Assembly (NCBI RefSeq): GCF_902652985.1
Contig: NC_047017.1
Location: 6,200,001-6,264,000 of the forward strand
Reading direction: 5' to 3'
Source of the DNA: Pecten maximus
Lineage: Eukaryota
DNA length: 64,000 nt
Of the stretch, positions 61,359 to 64,000 are shown piece after piece. The position numbers and the translations under genes were made by a program. The stretch's first letter is position 1; each line of letters begins with the position of its first letter. The notes under the pieces were generated by a model. The model was not told the DNA's origin. It saw only the letters and a list, made by a program, of their open reading frames with translations, and made no database searches.

Positions 61359-61936
61359 ATATGGTTGTATGCACTAGAAGAGTAAGGGAAAACTTGTGCA
61401 CTGATTTTGACAAGCAATGTAAAGTGTAGATCATGTAAGCCCCTCTCCTCAGCAGCAACATTTAGATTAAATATGGTAAATTTATGCATGATGAAAGTCT
61501 ACTTAATTGCAAATCATGAATAAAATATACTGGAAATAGGTTTTATAATGTGGATCTGAATTTAGTACATGTACATGATATATCTGCTACTATGATCATT
61601 ACTGTATACATCACTTATACATTTACTCATATATTATATTATGAGCCGCTTATAATTCGCTGATGTATGACCTATTGACCTCAGTGAAAGTCTAATTTTA
61701 TTACTTCCTTACACCTTCTCAATTCATTTTATTAATGTTGACACTTTGAATCAATGTCAAACATAATTATCCCCTTAATCATCGTCATCGGTCTGAAATC
61801 ATATGAGGCAATGATGCCCTCTCAACATAATAGATAAAAAGGTCACATGGACTTTGTGCAACTAGTTATATCCAGTTATACTTACAAAATTATCAGGAAA
61901 AAATAATATAATATATCTTTGCTTTCAGAATTGATA

Positions 61937-62191
61937 ATGTTTGTGAGGTGTCTCTGTCTGATTTTGAGCATATGTGTTGGACATGTGACTTTACATGAGA
62001 GTTACCCACCAGGAATACCTCCACCCAATAGTCAACAAGCACATCAACACCAGGCCCCACCAGGCCATCAGCAAGCTAACCAGGGTCAACAAATTCATCA
62101 AAACCAGGGTCAACAGATTAATCAAGACCAGGGTCAACAGATTCATCAAAACCAAGGTCAGCAAGGTCAGAACCTTCAGTTCCAGGCTGGC

Positions 62192-62233
<42 letters not shown>

Positions 62234-63072
62234 AATATACAGGCCAGTGGTCACTATCAAGATGTCAACGTCCAGAACATGCAGCAGGCCAATCAACAAC
62301 CAGGTGGTCATGGACATCAACCTGGTGGATTCAGGCAGAAAGAACAGGTTCACAATGCTGAGTAAGTTACGCCAAGTTATATATAGTATCTGCTCCTTTT
62401 GAGAAAGGTATTCTTGCAGTTATTTCTCAAAATTATCACAATAAATCAAATAATTGTGAAAATTAAGTTGATTTATCATGATACAAGACTTCTACTTCAA
62501 AGCTGAAAGAGATACTGTAATAAAGTTAACTGGTTGTTAATTAATTTGCCTAAAATTGTATCCTCTTCCAACTTAGCTTCGTCCATGGACCCGCATTTCA
62601 ACTTGCCCATGGTATTGCCTAAATGATTAGCTGCATGTTGTCTAAAGACATGGGAGTTATCTCCCCTTAGACCAGAATTGTTAAAATAACTGCTGAAATA
62701 ACCAAGTAGTTCACAGTCACTAGACAATTTCTAGTACAAACCAAATTCCTAAATAAGTGAAAAAACTTAAATGGACCCAACTTTTTCACAATTATGACAC
62801 CTTTTTGATATATGCAACACAATCATTGACTAGTTCTTTATGTTAAAAATCGCTGTAGAGGATAGGGAAGTATTTTCGATGATTTGATGATACAAGAATT
62901 ACATGATTGTATTACAGACATATTAGGGAACATTTGAAGGAAGTGATTGACAAACCCAAGGAAGAGATGACGGAGGAGGAGTTAGAATTCCACTACTTCA
63001 AATTACACGATTACGATAGCAATAACAAGCTCGACGGCACGGAAATCACAAAGGCCATCACACATTTTCATG
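61937..63072 (+). CDS. MCFD2: Multiple coagulation factor deficiency protein 2 (MCFD2) homologue, 5' portion; continues beyond the window
   Basis: Exons 61937-62361 and 62918-63072. Signal peptide MFVRCLCLILSICVG, a Q-rich region, then [54 protein letters not shown] (EF-hand), matching recalled MCFD2 [54 protein letters not shown]. Confidence 0.93.
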
Positions 63073-63544
63073 GTAAGTTGGCAGGCAACTGTAAAAGGAT
63101 ATGCATTGTGAATTTTTTAATAAAAGATAAAAATCAAGATAGTAATATACATATATGTTATCTTTTCTGTCAATAAAATCTGTTTTACATCTTGTTCATC
63201 TCCAAAAATATCAAAGTTATCAAAAACCAACAGATGAACTTTACAGAATCATGAAAATTAAACAAAAAATGAAAAGAAAAAATAAGAAAAAAAATGTCTT
63301 TCAACTTACATAATGCTCATAACTTGTTGTTTATGTCATAATGAAGAATGAAAAATGATTCACCAAATCATCGCAACACATAAACCAAGGGCTATTGTAT
63401 TTATTGTGAAAATTCTGCTCTGTAATAATTCCAGTTAAGTTAATTCAAAATACAAACATATTCTGGTGACATGTGGTCGATAATAATACAAACAATGGAT
63501 TGGATAGTGTGTTCAATGCTTTGCTGGGATAAAATGATTTAATT

Positions 63545-63828
63545 GAAAGTCAGATACATTTTGTACGGTAGGAAAGTGGCAATAGAATAATAAAGTTGAA
63601 AGTCAGACACATTTTGTAGCTGAAAAATGGGGATAAAGTTATATATTTGAAAGTGATAATTTTGTAACTGTAAAAAAATGGTGATAGAATGATGAAGTTG
63701 AAAGTCAGATACATTTTGTAGGTGTAAAAAATAGGAATAAAATTATGTATTTTCAAATACATTTTGTAACTGAAAAATGAGGATAAAATTATGCATTTGA
63801 AAGTCAGATACATTTTGTAACTGAAAAT
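63545..63828. repeat. Degenerate tandem repeat of about 50-53 bp in an MCFD2 intron
   Basis: Repeats of gaaagtcagatacattttgta..gaaaaatg.ggataaa. Confidence 0.8.
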
Positions 63829-64000
63829 CTATAATACAACTATCTTAAGGTATTTGATGATTCTGATTGTTTAAAATTATTTTGAGACAGTATCTTCAAA
63901 TTTGAAACTAATCCATTACTTTAATTATGGTGATGTTGTACAAGAACCAGAAATAAGGCAAATTGACTTTGGAATTATCACTTAAATAACACTATCATGG

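Noticed and set aside
61991-62402. Poly-Leu (minus strand) and poly-Ser (alternative frame) ORFs
   Set aside because: Shadow frames of the CAG-rich MCFD2 exon.

Overview
AT-rich, intron-containing animal genomic DNA. The repeat content suggests a bivalve mollusc, which is an inference. The supplied ORF track is mostly spurious, and the real genes were assembled by hand from GT-AG exons. From left to right the window holds: (1) the 3' part of AIDA (+, 7 exons, ends 6361); (2) a head-to-tail array of five intact, divergent Rab1-like GTPase genes (+, 14340-46454); (3) a complete 12-exon TAF1A (-, 49502-60508); (4) the 5' part of MCFD2 (+, from 61937), head-to-head with TAF1A and carrying a long Q-rich N-terminal insert. 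The Rab1-like array is the most interesting feature. Copies 3 and 4 are chimeras of copies 5 and 2, with the crossover in the G4 (NKxD) box. All copies carry F at the Rab1 Y77 position, the residue AMPylated by Legionella DrrA/SidM. Amino-acid differences fall in switch I, the interswitch and switch II (ERF/DRF/ESL). Copies 3-5 have a duplicated stop-introducing splice acceptor, and copy 5 has a GC donor. Minisatellites, tRNA-SINEs, MITEs and hairpin elements occupy the introns and spacers.
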